A stretch of DNA of 63,967 nucleotides, filler included, from Stramenopiles sp. TOSAG23-6 (taxonomy: Eukaryota), in assembly GCA_900128565.1 (NCBI GenBank). It is 3 parts of 3 records of this genome, joined end to end, with 100 filler letters (N's around TTAATTAATTAA, not from the genome) between each part and the next. Parts side by side here need not be neighbours in the genome. Positions count along the whole stretch, not along the records: positions 25,015 to 49,769 come from LT636001.1; 2 more parts are not named here. One strand, 5' to 3'. The translations under genes and the position numbers were made by a program. Numbering within the stretch: the stretch's first letter is position 1; every line of letters starts with the position of its first letter. The notes under the pieces are model-generated. The model made no database searches and had not been told where the DNA came from. It saw nothing but the letters and a program-made list of their open reading frames with translations. Shown here one piece after another: positions 34,577 to 45,976 of the stretch.

Positions 34577-36943
34577 ATGATCAATTACCGTTCTTTAACT
34601 TTAAATTCTCCGACAAAGTCATATCGAAGACGTGAAAGACGTGAAAGAAAAAAACAAAGACAACAAAAACGACGGAGTGACGTAGCAGCTACGAAAATTC
34701 AAGCACTTTGTCGCGGAAACAAGGGACGAAAACTGTTTTTGAAGCTAAAAAGAATAAAGTGGTGTATAGATAAATTAGCCGCCACGCAATCAGAAAAGCA
34801 GCCGAAATGTGAAACTGTATTTATGGGGAAATTTCCGGTTCCGTTACACAGGTCGCCAAATAATAGGTCAAGGGATAGAAAGAAGTTATCGGATGAAAAG
34901 ACTCAATCCCCAGAATCTCATAACCAGTCGCCAAAATCTCCAGTGTCAGCAGATTCAACGACTACATCACAAAAATCTCATAAGCAGCCCCCAAAGCATC
35001 AGCATTCGCAGAAATTAACAGAAATACTTAAACTTCGGATACCTATAAAAGTGCATAAACTCATGCTACGAGATTACAAAAATAAATCATTATACAGAAA
35101 ACCAAAATCTAAGTTGTCAAGGGATACAAGGACTCACCCACAAAAACCACACAATCAGAAGCTATCGGATACAAAGATTGCATCACAAGAATCTCATAGC
35201 CAGTTGCCAAAATCTCCAGTGTTAACGGATTCAAAGACTGAATCAAAAGAATCTCATAAACAGTTGCCAAAGCACCAGCAACAGCAGAAATCTAAAAAAA
35301 TACATAAACTTCGGATACGAGAATACGCGTCAAAACACCAGCAAGTTACAGTTAGTAATACAACGTACTTCTTCGGCTCGGCCAAGCAAAGCTTCCTAGC
35401 GAATTATGAAAGTCAACGCCAACATATACTCAAAGTTAAACAATTTTCCGCTGCACTACAGACAGAACTTCTACAAAAAATACATCAAGCTAAGAAGGAT
35501 AAACTTGACACCCTTTACCAAAAGCATATTTCCGCTATTGAAGATATTTGGAAATCCATGATGAAACGTAAATACGGAAATGAAAACTGGAAGCTGGAGA
35601 TACGAGAAAGTTTGGTTGTAGCGGCTTCAATGTATATAGATAAGGCACTTGACAGAGAAAGTTTCACTGTCGCTTTTAGTACATTAAAAAACTATCAATG
35701 TTTAATGCGAAACATTCTCGTGAAAACATTTCAATTAGATACTTCATATATGTATGTAATATCCCAAAACACCACAGTCACTGCAGCATATTCCAAACAT
35801 ATGTGTATGATCAAATTACTCTATGAAAACCTAGTAGAAGAAACCAAGAACATGTTTAGCCTTGCATTTGGCGCGGTAAACTCTGAGAGAACAAAATTCT
35901 TTTATGGGAATGTAAATTGTTCGCAAATTTACAAGGTACACCAGAAAATTTTTGAAAATATTTTAAATTTTAGTAATGTAGTAGAAGCTATTCGAGCAAC
36001 AAAGACGGAAAATACAAAGTTGATGGATGTTGCTATACACGTTGTAAATACAATCCATGTATCATCTTTAAGTGGGATACTGAATGATTCGGTCGCTCCG
36101 ACGAATTTGGACGGCGTTTTACTCGAATCAAGATTAAAACTGACGCTCCGGAGTATTGATAGCACCACAATAAATATGGAAAATGCCGTTAGATTCTTAT
36201 CCCAAATACAGCAAAATATGGATGAAAGAGGTTTCCTACTAATTGGATATAAAAATCATGAGTCTCTGCATGAAGCTATTCGGTTAAATTTGAAAAATAA
36301 CTGTTTCCAGATTGAGTTTGACGTGTTACATAGAGAACCAGTAACACATTATCTGAATGATACACATATCGTCACAGGAAAAATACAGGGTGCTATAAAA
36401 TCCATAAAATATTACATTTCAGGCTTTTTTGAAAAACCTTTGATATCTATTTCATCAACTAAAGTTGCTACAATTCAAAGCAGAGAAAGTTGCATGAAAC
36501 GCATCATTTTGAAAAAAACAATTTTCTCCCAATCATTTTCATTTGACAATGAATGGCATAGAAGAAACTGTTCTCTCTCAGCGGCAATCCTCCGTACATT
36601 TCGGAATAAACAATTTACATACCATTTTGTGCAGAAGCTCGTAGCAATATCTAAAAATCATTTTATGATTGTGGAACTTATTAATCATTTAATTCCATTG
36701 AATTTTTCGATGGAAAATTCTGCCGTTAATTATCTGCAAGATATTCTAATGACTTACGCAGAGGATACCTTCCAATCATCAATAAAATATATTACCGATG
36801 ATGAAACAAACTTGCCAGAAATTCTGAAAATGCTAGAAAAATGTATCAAGTTAGACAGAATAAAATTAAAAAGTTGTAAAGTTTTGAAATACGAAAAACA
36901 GAATGGATTTTTTCTAGGAGATATCGATGTATTGATTCAGTAA
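34577..36943 (+). CDS. Hypothetical IQ-motif protein with an internal duplication of about 55 aa
   Basis: AATKIQALCRGNKGRK IQ motif; KLSD...ESH.Q.PKSPV...SHKQ.PKHQ...KLRI occurs twice. Confidence 0.7.
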   Translation: MINYRSLTLNSPTKSYRRRERRERKKQRQQKRRSDVAATKIQALCRGNKGRKLFLKLKRIKWCIDKLAATQSEKQPKCETVFMGKFPVPLHRSPNNRSRDRKKLSDEKTQSPESHNQSPKSPVSADSTTTSQKSHKQPPKHQHSQKLTEILKLRIPIKVHKLMLRDYKNKSLYRKPKSKLSRDTRTHPQKPHNQKLSDTKIASQESHSQLPKSPVLTDSKTESKESHKQLPKHQQQQKSKKIHKLRIREYASKHQQVTVSNTTYFFGSAKQSFLANYESQRQHILKVKQFSAALQTELLQKIHQAKKDKLDTLYQKHISAIEDIWKSMMKRKYGNENWKLEIRESLVVAASMYIDKALDRESFTVAFSTLKNYQCLMRNILVKTFQLDTSYMYVISQNTTVTAAYSKHMCMIKLLYENLVEETKNMFSLAFGAVNSERTKFFYGNVNCSQIYKVHQKIFENILNFSNVVEAIRATKTENTKLMDVAIHVVNTIHVSSLSGILNDSVAPTNLDGVLLESRLKLTLRSIDSTTINMENAVRFLSQIQQNMDERGFLLIGYKNHESLHEAIRLNLKNNCFQIEFDVLHREPVTHYLNDTHIVTGKIQGAIKSIKYYISGFFEKPLISISSTKVATIQSRESCMKRIILKKTIFSQSFSFDNEWHRRNCSLSAAILRTFRNKQFTYHFVQKLVAISKNHFMIVELINHLIPLNFSMENSAVNYLQDILMTYAEDTFQSSIKYITDDETNLPEILKMLEKCIKLDRIKLKSCKVLKYEKQNGFFLGDIDVLIQ

Positions 36944-37495
36944 GTGAAGGGTGTCAACTCGCATTGTCCAACTGGCAGCCCTCAGCTGCCCGCTACTGTA
37001 GGGTAAGAACCACTCATATGCTATAATAAACATTTTTTTTCCAAGTGAATTAGATATTTCGATGATTTTTGCATTATAGTATATATTTCGATTTTACGTT
37101 TTTATTATATGAAACACCCGATTTGAGATTTGGGAAATTAAATTAAGGATATTGACATGTCAATATTTTGAAAATTCGATTTTTTATTATAAGAAACGCC
37201 CGGTTTGGGATATTAATTAAGTACGTATACTGACACGAATTCCGTGTCAATATATTGATAACAGTTAATTATAAAAAACAAAATAACGACAAAACTTGAA
37301 TAAAGGGAATCTGTGATTTACAGATGAAATTAAAATTAATAATTTCGTGTTTTTTTTTGTGTCGACCCCGCAGCTGATGAACTCAACACAATTAAATGCT
37401 ATTATTCGGTCGCGCATGAATCAAATCAGATTGGATCTGATCATTCATTCATTCAACATAAAAAAGAAAAACAAAACAAGAAAAAAGTTCTTAAA

Positions 37496-40290
37496 ATGGC
37501 ATCATCTAAAGGCACAGAAGCGGCATGGGTTAGGACCCAGAAGCGTGTATTTCTTCGATGGACGAATCTGCAGCTTCGTCGATCTCGTTCCAGCGTCAGC
37601 GATTTGGACACCGGGTTCAAAAGCGGTGTCCAACTTGTCAAATTGTGCGAAGCAATCTCTGGAGAAAAGCTTCCAAAGTATAACAAGACTCCTAAAATGG
37701 AAATTCATTGTTTAGAAAACTTGGGTACGGCCATGAAATGGCTCAATTCCAAGGTAAAGCTGGTTGGTATTGGATCACGTGGTATCTATGAAGGTGATGA
37801 GAAACAAGTGTTGGGGTTGTTGTGGACTCTCATTCTTCGGTTCCAAGTTCAAGAAGTTGAAATCGATGGAGTCTCTGGTAAAAAAGGACTTCTACTATGG
37901 GCCCGACGTAGCTGTCAGCACGTCGATCCAAGCATCAAGGTGCGAAATTTTGATAACTCTTGGAAGTATGGAAAAGCTTTCTGTGCATTGGTCGCATGTT
38001 TCAAACCTAAACATGTTGATTATTCGTCGTGTCTTTCTATGACTGATGAAGAACGCTGTACATTTTTGTTCAAAGTTGCTGAAAAGGAATTAAATATCCC
38101 TCCTTTATTGGAGGTAGAAGACCTATGTGATGGTATCCCAGATGAAAAAGTTGTTATGATGTATGTTTTATTTTTTTTCAAATTTGAATTTGTTTTCGTA
38201 CGAAATTTTGTACCTAACAAATTTTAGTTTTTTTTTTTTTCAAATATTTTTCCAAAATACATGTATGTCAGTGAATTTTTCAAAGCCTTTAGTTCCTTAA
38301 GCAAGGAAAAGGCAATTGTAAAAGGTATTGCGTCTGCTATTGACATGACTTTACGTCATGACAAGTTCATTAACTCTTATGAAAAACAAGCAGTTGCGTG
38401 TATGTTTTTTTTTTTTTTCAAATTCGATTTTTTTTATAGGAAATTTTGTACCTAACAAATTTTAGATTTTTTTTTTAAATATTTTTCCAAAATACATTGA
38501 AGTCGTGGTTGATTGAAAAAAGTGGAGAGATGTCTTCTACTACTGGTATTGGTGTCAATGAGGAGGAAGTTCATCGTAAAATTGAAGACTTTCACCATTA
38601 TTGCAAAGAAACAAAGCTCGAACGCCGAAGTCAGTTGTACGGCTTGAAAGTTTTATTAAGTGCTCTGCAGTCCTCACAGACTCGAAACAAACGACCCGCG
38701 TATCAACCACGAGAGGACATTGAGTATAGTCAATTAGAGAATCAATTTACATCTCTTCTTTCCCTCGAAAATGAATATATCAAACGACTCAGCAGTACAT
38801 ATAAGCTTTATTGTAAATATAGAGTGATGTATTTACGATTGGAGGCTAAAGCTACTCAGCTGAGAGAGTGGGTGAATGCACGCCGTTCAAAATTACAAGA
38901 ATTGTGGGCGGAAGTTGATTCATTATGCTCCGAAGCGATAGCCACTCAATTGGTGAAATTAAATGAATCAAAAGATTTGTTGGACATTGTTTTATTTGAA
39001 TATTCTCAATACCAACCAATCCTTTCCCAAATGAGGAAAATTGACAAGGACATTCAAGAACCTGCAGAATTGGCATCTCCAGCGAAATTACTTGTCGAAA
39101 ACTGTAAAAGTGAAGTAGTAGCACTCATAAAAGAAGTGCATGATCGCGTTTCTGTCAACTCCGCTTTACGAGAAAAGGCGGAATCAATGCAAGGTATAAG
39201 TAAGCAATACAAACGGGATGCAGATAATTTTTTGTTTGATATGAAACATTTTTCCGAGTCTTTTCGAGAACCTTGTATTGATGAAACTGTTTCTGCAATT
39301 GAAAATCATATCCAAGTAACGAAACAAAACTTTGAGACGAATCTTTCGAGTCAACAGGCTCGTTTAAATGATCTGAAAGGAGTATCTGAAGTACTTAAGG
39401 CTGCTGGATTCGGTGATGAATTGCTATCACCAGCTCTGAGGGTAGTAAATTTAAGTAAGATTTTATTGGATTTTGAAGAAAGCGGGAAAAAAGCCATCGA
39501 GGCGTTATCTCAACAACTAACCGACAGTGCGCAGAAAGATAAACTTCGCATTGAATTTGCTACATTGGCTAATCTTATCCGTGAAAAGCTTCATGCTCAT
39601 GCTGCTAAATTTAAAATGACAGATCATACTAATGAACCTTTACCTGTTCAAATGAAACTTCTTTTAAGCTTACATTCAGATTTTCTTGAGGTGAAAGAGC
39701 TATTCGATCAATTGGAAGAGCTGAATGGTCGGTGCAGTGAAGCAAAGATTGTAACAAATGACTATACACCAGAAACATTTTATTCTTTAGTTGCATTGCA
39801 GTCTGAAGTAAACAAAATGTTTGATCATTCAAAAGAAAGTATTCAAGCAGCTATGGATGGAAATCAAAAACTGTCCCCTGAGCAACTTGCTGAGATTCGA
39901 AGTGTATTTAAATCATTTGATTCCGACAAAGATGGGAATTTGACTTTGAAAGAATTCCATTCTTGTACAACGTCTCTTGGACTTGTACTGTTGAAGGCAG
40001 ATGTTGAGAAGAAGTACAAATCCGCAGCTAGTAAGAGTGGCAATCTCGATATAGCAGCGCTTACAAAAGTACTGGAAAGGTTTTGGTTGTCGTCGTCATC
40101 AAAGAGTGATGTCATTGATGGGCTCGGGGTCTTATCGAAAGGAAGTGATTTGACTGCGGAAAAGATAGCAGCATCGTTTGAAGAACCACAACTTTCATTT
40201 ATCTTGGAGGGTTTAAAATTAAGTAGTGATAAGACTGTTTCGAAAAACGCTGATATTTTAGCATTTACAGAAGAGATGTTTAGCCGATAA
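37496..40290 (+). CDS. Alpha-actinin-like protein (2 CH domains, spectrin-like rod, EF-hands). Introns 38161-38262, 38400-38497
   Basis: QKRVFLRWTN, LGLLWTLILRFQV, LLLWA, PDEKVVMMYVSEFF, FKSFDSDKDGNL. Confidence 0.88.
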
Positions 40291-40454
40291 TTTATGTGCA
40301 AAGTAGATTATTATAATGAAGTAATAAAATAAAAACATATTTCTATTGTTGTTAAATATTACTTTATATATAAAACTTTCACTCATCAATGAATCTCCCA
40401 TTAGATTTCAAAAATTCTTCATTCATCAATGGATCTCCCATTAGATTAAAACTT

Positions 40455-43400
40455 TCACTCATCAATGGATCTCCCATTAGATTTCAAAAATTCTTCATTG
40501 ACAAAATTGAAAACACAAATTGGACATGCAGAAGAAATGTGTGACTTTCTAAACTCGAAATCTAAAAACGAAGAAGTTAGTGGCAACGCAGCAAACCTTC
40601 TATTATTTCTATATATAATAAAGTTTGATAAACGATATTGTAATTCTGGTAATATTTTTGTGGTGAATTCTTTTTTTTTAAATTTGTGACCACACGTAAA
40701 TATTATTATTTCCCCCGAAGTAAAATCAAAATTAGGAGATCCTTCTTCAACATTAAAAGTATCTTTTACGTCATCCATAGACAAATGTAATTTAGCTGTC
40801 GTTGCATTTGCTTCTGCAACGCGTAGGAAAGCATCCATACTCAACGTTTCTATTTGGTCTACATCTTTATCTGAATCATTTTTTTTCTGTTGACTATTAA
40901 CTTGATTTCGAACTTTAGTAATGAGTGAAGAAGCTGTTTCTTCTTGAATGTTATCTACATCTTTACTATTCAATACACTATTCGTTTGTTTATTTACATC
41001 ATATTTGACGCCTCGGAACTCTTGATTAGATGAATCCTGACATTCACTATTCGATATAGGATGTGAACCCACTGAAATAAATGCACGTCCGCCAACGCCG
41101 CCTCCTCCACATAAAGGTTTGACATTTTTAGTATACCAAAATGAAGAAATTTTATCTGAAGAGTTTTCATACTCCTCATTTTTATCCATGTTTTTCCCTT
41201 GACTCATTAAATGACATTGAATATCAATCCATTTATCATCTAAAGCCTTCTTAGATGACACAACAGAAAAATCAGTTGTCGGTGGATAATGACCTTTACA
41301 ATTTTTATCCAAAGTAATTCTAGTAGCAAGTTGGTGTAAATGAAAACGCGAAACGTCTAACAATAAAGACACAGAGAATGGCAAAATATGACAATCATAA
41401 TTTTCTTTTTTTGCATTCTTCGAAAACATATCGTATTGGATATTATCGAATAAAATAGTGGAAAGGAGCGGGCCATATCGTTTCATTTCAGACTGAATTA
41501 AATTTTCTAATGGATGCAAAGGTAACGCATTTGCTTTCCAAAATTCAAGAGTATATGAAAAGATTGTCGTCGTAAATATATCAGAATTTTGGGTGACTCT
41601 AATGAAACGATGCAACAATTTGAGAACATCATTTGCTATATGCAAACGTCTTTGATCACCATTATTCGTTGATTCATTGATACTGTCTAATATATGTTGT
41701 TCAACTATTGTATTATTTGGGGTAGTGGTTCGAAGGTTAGCGGTAGTGCTCTGTATTTTCTGAAGTTTACAAAGAAGGACAAGATGAGGGGCATCAATCA
41801 TATCGAATAAAGTCGCAGCAAAACTCCAGTTATAGTTGTTAGTACACATTGCTGAATCAAATGCAATATGTGGTCTATGTATTGTGGAAGATATATATTT
41901 TTAGTAGTAAAAACAATATTACGTACAAAGTTCGGTACGAAAAAAAAAGTTAAAATTTTGGAATTGAAAACGTACAAAGAAACCCTTGAAATTCTTTAGA
42001 AAATCCATTAAATTTTGCTGCAATTTTGTATTTTTTGTGTCTATATGACTTTGTTTAAATAACATACAAATCTTAGTTTGGACGAGACATTCGCAGAGAA
42101 TCATTTTTTTCTTCATACGAAATTCTCTATGAGACGAATTTCGAATTGGTTCATTTACTTCTTTTGATCTTGATATTTGAAACTGAGAGATTGAATCGTA
42201 TATAATTTCATATATATGCATCAACGTTGGTTCATCTAATAAATGGATCTGAGACCGTAGCCAAAGAGAACTTTCATATAATATATCTGCTGTATTGATT
42301 TTTCTAAGAGAGGTACGTTTTTTGGATTCAGTATTAAAAGATAAATATTCATTACTTTTTTCATTACATTTGTATGGCAATTCTTCATTGACTTTAACAG
42401 TTGTAGTTTTAGGTAAATTTCGTAATATTCGTCGCTGAGTTTTTATGGACAAAGTGGAAAAAATGGGAAGTGATAATTTTGATAAAAGATGTGAACTATG
42501 TCCAGATTTTTCAATCAATTGCACAGACTTGTGGCTTAAATGTAGGAAACCATACACACCGCACAACGATAATGCTACTTCTGGGATATTATAATACAAA
42601 GAGATTGCAATTGCATTATCGATACGGCCACATTGAACTAGAATATTTATAGCGCTTTCTGCATTGCAGCTGAGAACACTCGCAGCGCCACATTCATTCT
42701 CTTTCAAATCGAGAAAACTATTTAGGTATTGATGGACAGAAAGTTCTCCTACGCACGTTTGTTTTTCATCTTCATCATATATAGGAGGAGTTACTTCATA
42801 TACAACTCCACGAAGCAGTAGACCTAAAAGAAGCATCGCAGCTTCTGAAATAATACTTGGTGAACATCGAGATACATCAACGTTTTGTAAAGAATTCCAT
42901 AACCAACTAATAGCAACCCAAAGAGGGTCATTTGCCTTTGTATATAAATATTGTTTTGCTTCATGTTTTTCTCTTATATGCATTTTGATGAATAAATCAA
43001 TTTCTTCTTTTGAAGGAATATCCGTGAAACGATCTTCACTAGGACAAAATCTATCTCCGTCTATATTTGAAACACGAAATCTCTTTGACATACTAAAAAG
43101 TCTCTGTGCATCAAATCCTCTTGAATGCATTGATGTACAATATTTTGCAGCTTCATATAAAGTTGAAGATGCATCAATACCATGACAGGAAGCGATGACA
43201 TACGCTTCACTGAAATTCATACCATTTAGAGTATACTTGATAAATTCAGATCTGGCATAGGCTTTAGAGGGTGACCGTAATTCATACATGGAACTTTCTG
43301 TCCATATAATGTATTTTGGAAAAATATTGCAAAAAAAAAACTTAAATTTGTTTTCTATGAAAATTTCGTATGAAAACTAAAAAAAAAAAAAAANAATTTA

Positions 43401-45665
43401 GACTAAAAATTGAAAAAAAATAAAACATACATGACGGTTTTACAAAATTCATTTTTGTCATTTTTCAAATCAGAATTTTCTGTATGCTTAGTATTATATA
43501 GAGAATACTTTATATTCGATTGCATGTCTGATTCATTTATATAGACTGGACGTAGTCCACACACCCGTTCGCCTGGAGGAATATTGAATGATTGTACAAC
43601 GTCCAAAGAGGAAAAATCTACATTTTTCAATTTAGTCAATGTAGTCAATTTAGTCGAGGATTGAGAAGCTGCAAGATTCGAAAGAATTAAAACTTGGTGT
43701 TGTATATTTCGATTTGATTCGTTATTTGTTTCGTTATTTATTTCTCTTTCGGTAATCATCACTGTGTACCTACCACAATGTATTTTGGAAAAATATTTCA
43801 AAAAAAAAAAAACTTCGTTAGGTACAAAATTTCGTACGAAAAAAAAAACGATTTTGAAAAAAAATAAAACATACATAAAGTACGAGTAATTCACCATCAT
43901 GAATACAATCAATATTTTTCATGTTGTTATTTTCATCTTCAATTTGATTCAATGTACGTACAACACGAGAGGTGTCACATGGCACATTTGAAATTGAACT
44001 ATTTGTTTTTGTACCAAATTTCGTACCTACCGCATTTCTAATTTGTCCATTCCTTGGTATTGACGCAGGATAATATTTGAAACGTAGATCTTCGATCACA
44101 ATTTTCTTAGGCAAAGCATCCAAGAATTGACTTTGTGAATTGAATCGATCAATACATCCATATAATCGAAATCTAAATATAAATGTATTTTCAACATTTG
44201 TACTTATTTTCGTACTTATTTTTGTACTTATTTCAGCATGTTTTCCGTTCTCCACAGATGTTTCTATACCAAAAGCACACGGTAACTTCTTCAGTATTGG
44301 TACATTTGCATTAAACATTGTAGCAAAATTTTCAGTTATATTAATGAATATTGGTATATTACACATTTTCCGCCGCTCTGGAAACATTTCTTTCTCTTTA
44401 GACAGAGAATCCGTACCAATTTTCGTACCTAATGTATCAAAAGTATTTGTAAATACACGATTTAATTTCGTTGTTTTGAACAAAATTTCCAAATGATCCG
44501 CATCGTCACAAAAATTTGAGGATCGAAATGTGTTTGGTACGAAATTTGGTACGGATTTGTTAGGTACGAAATTTGGTACGGATTGTTCTACAACAATAAA
44601 ATTTCCACGCTCCAAAAGAACACGCCATAAGTTTCCAAGTGAAGTACCAATTATGAAATAATGAAGTCGAGTATTATAAAGAGAATTACTATTTTCTATA
44701 TTATTAATATAAAATCTAGAGTAAGAAATCTGTATTGTGAAAAATTATTTCCAAAAATGTGATTTTGTTTTTTGTTAGGTACAAAATTTCGTACGAAATG
44801 TTTTTTTACAATTGGTAAAACATACTTTCTCACCTGGAGATAATTGTATTCGTCGATGTAACATTGAATTCTTATCTACATTTTTCCAACTCAAATCTCT
44901 ATTTTGTATCATATCAATAAATATGACATAACCTGAATTAGTCACTGCTATTGCATATTCTTTGAGGGTTACATTCAAAGACTCATTATTTTTGAATTTC
45001 TTTTTGGTATAGATTTTTCCATGTAATCTATCGTTCTCAAAAGTATTTGTACTTCTGGTATACCAAGGCTTCCACCATTTCAAAATCACCACTCGTCCAA
45101 ACATAATATCAATATTAACTATGTGACATAGACCCTTCATTTCATTCATTTTGTGAAAATTTTCTTTTTCAGTAGTTGTAGAAAATGGATTGTTCAAGAG
45201 GGAGGAACTACTCAAGTTATTTGACAAGTCAAGATTGTTATTCCTATGAAAATGTGTACTGGAAGATGCTTCTTTTACAATTTGCAGGACATAAATATAA
45301 CCATCAAATGAACTACACAACATGTGACAAGCATTGACTGGTTCCAAGTCAATAGCAACTAAAGTGTATCGTGGGTCAGGGAACCATTTCAAACTTCGTT
45401 TAGTAACCTCTCTACTAAAAAAGTTAACAAAACGGAAAATTAAATGGTTATTAGAACAAACCAAAACAGTGACAATACTATCATTGTGAAAACCATTTTC
45501 AACCAATACAATACGTACACGCGTGTTTGGTGTTTCTTCAGTATCTTTGCCCTGCTGCAGCACTAAAGAAACAGGCTCAACGCCATAATCAGAATTTAGA
45601 TCTTTGGGGTCTACTTTAGAAGAAGAAGATGTGTGTACGCGTAGTACACGGGATAGAGAGAACAT
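40455..45665 (-). CDS. Large hypothetical protein: beta-propeller-like N-terminus, helical middle, C-terminal Zn-finger-like FTCGH...CPIC. Introns 44730-44825, 43778-43874, 43309-43430, 41877-41975
   Basis: Five ORF pieces join in frame after insert removal; similarity to vesicle-tethering subunit architecture is inference only. Confidence 0.65.
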
Positions 45666-45976
45666 TGGCCTACCAATTCAACTACAACCCCAACATATGC
45701 ATAGTTCAAAGTCAATGTGAAAATATGATTATTATTTCGCGATCTGATCTAATATTTTCGACTTTATCGGAGAGCAAACTAACAACAACAGTCCAAGAAG
45801 ATCATCACAGAAAAAGATGACTGACTGATGGTGCCATCAAAGCAAAAAACGAATTTATATATTTCATTTCAAATCGAAATTTGAATTTTTTTCTTTTTGA
45901 ATCTGAAATCGCTGTTCCTACAATAAAAAAAATTCAAATCGATTTTTTTCATTTTTTTCCAAGTTATAAAACAAAC

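Noticed and set aside
36974-37001. GC-rich hairpin ggcagc-cctca-gctgcc after the IQ gene as a Helitron 3' end
   Set aside because: No CTRR terminus at the expected distance and no other Helitron evidence.
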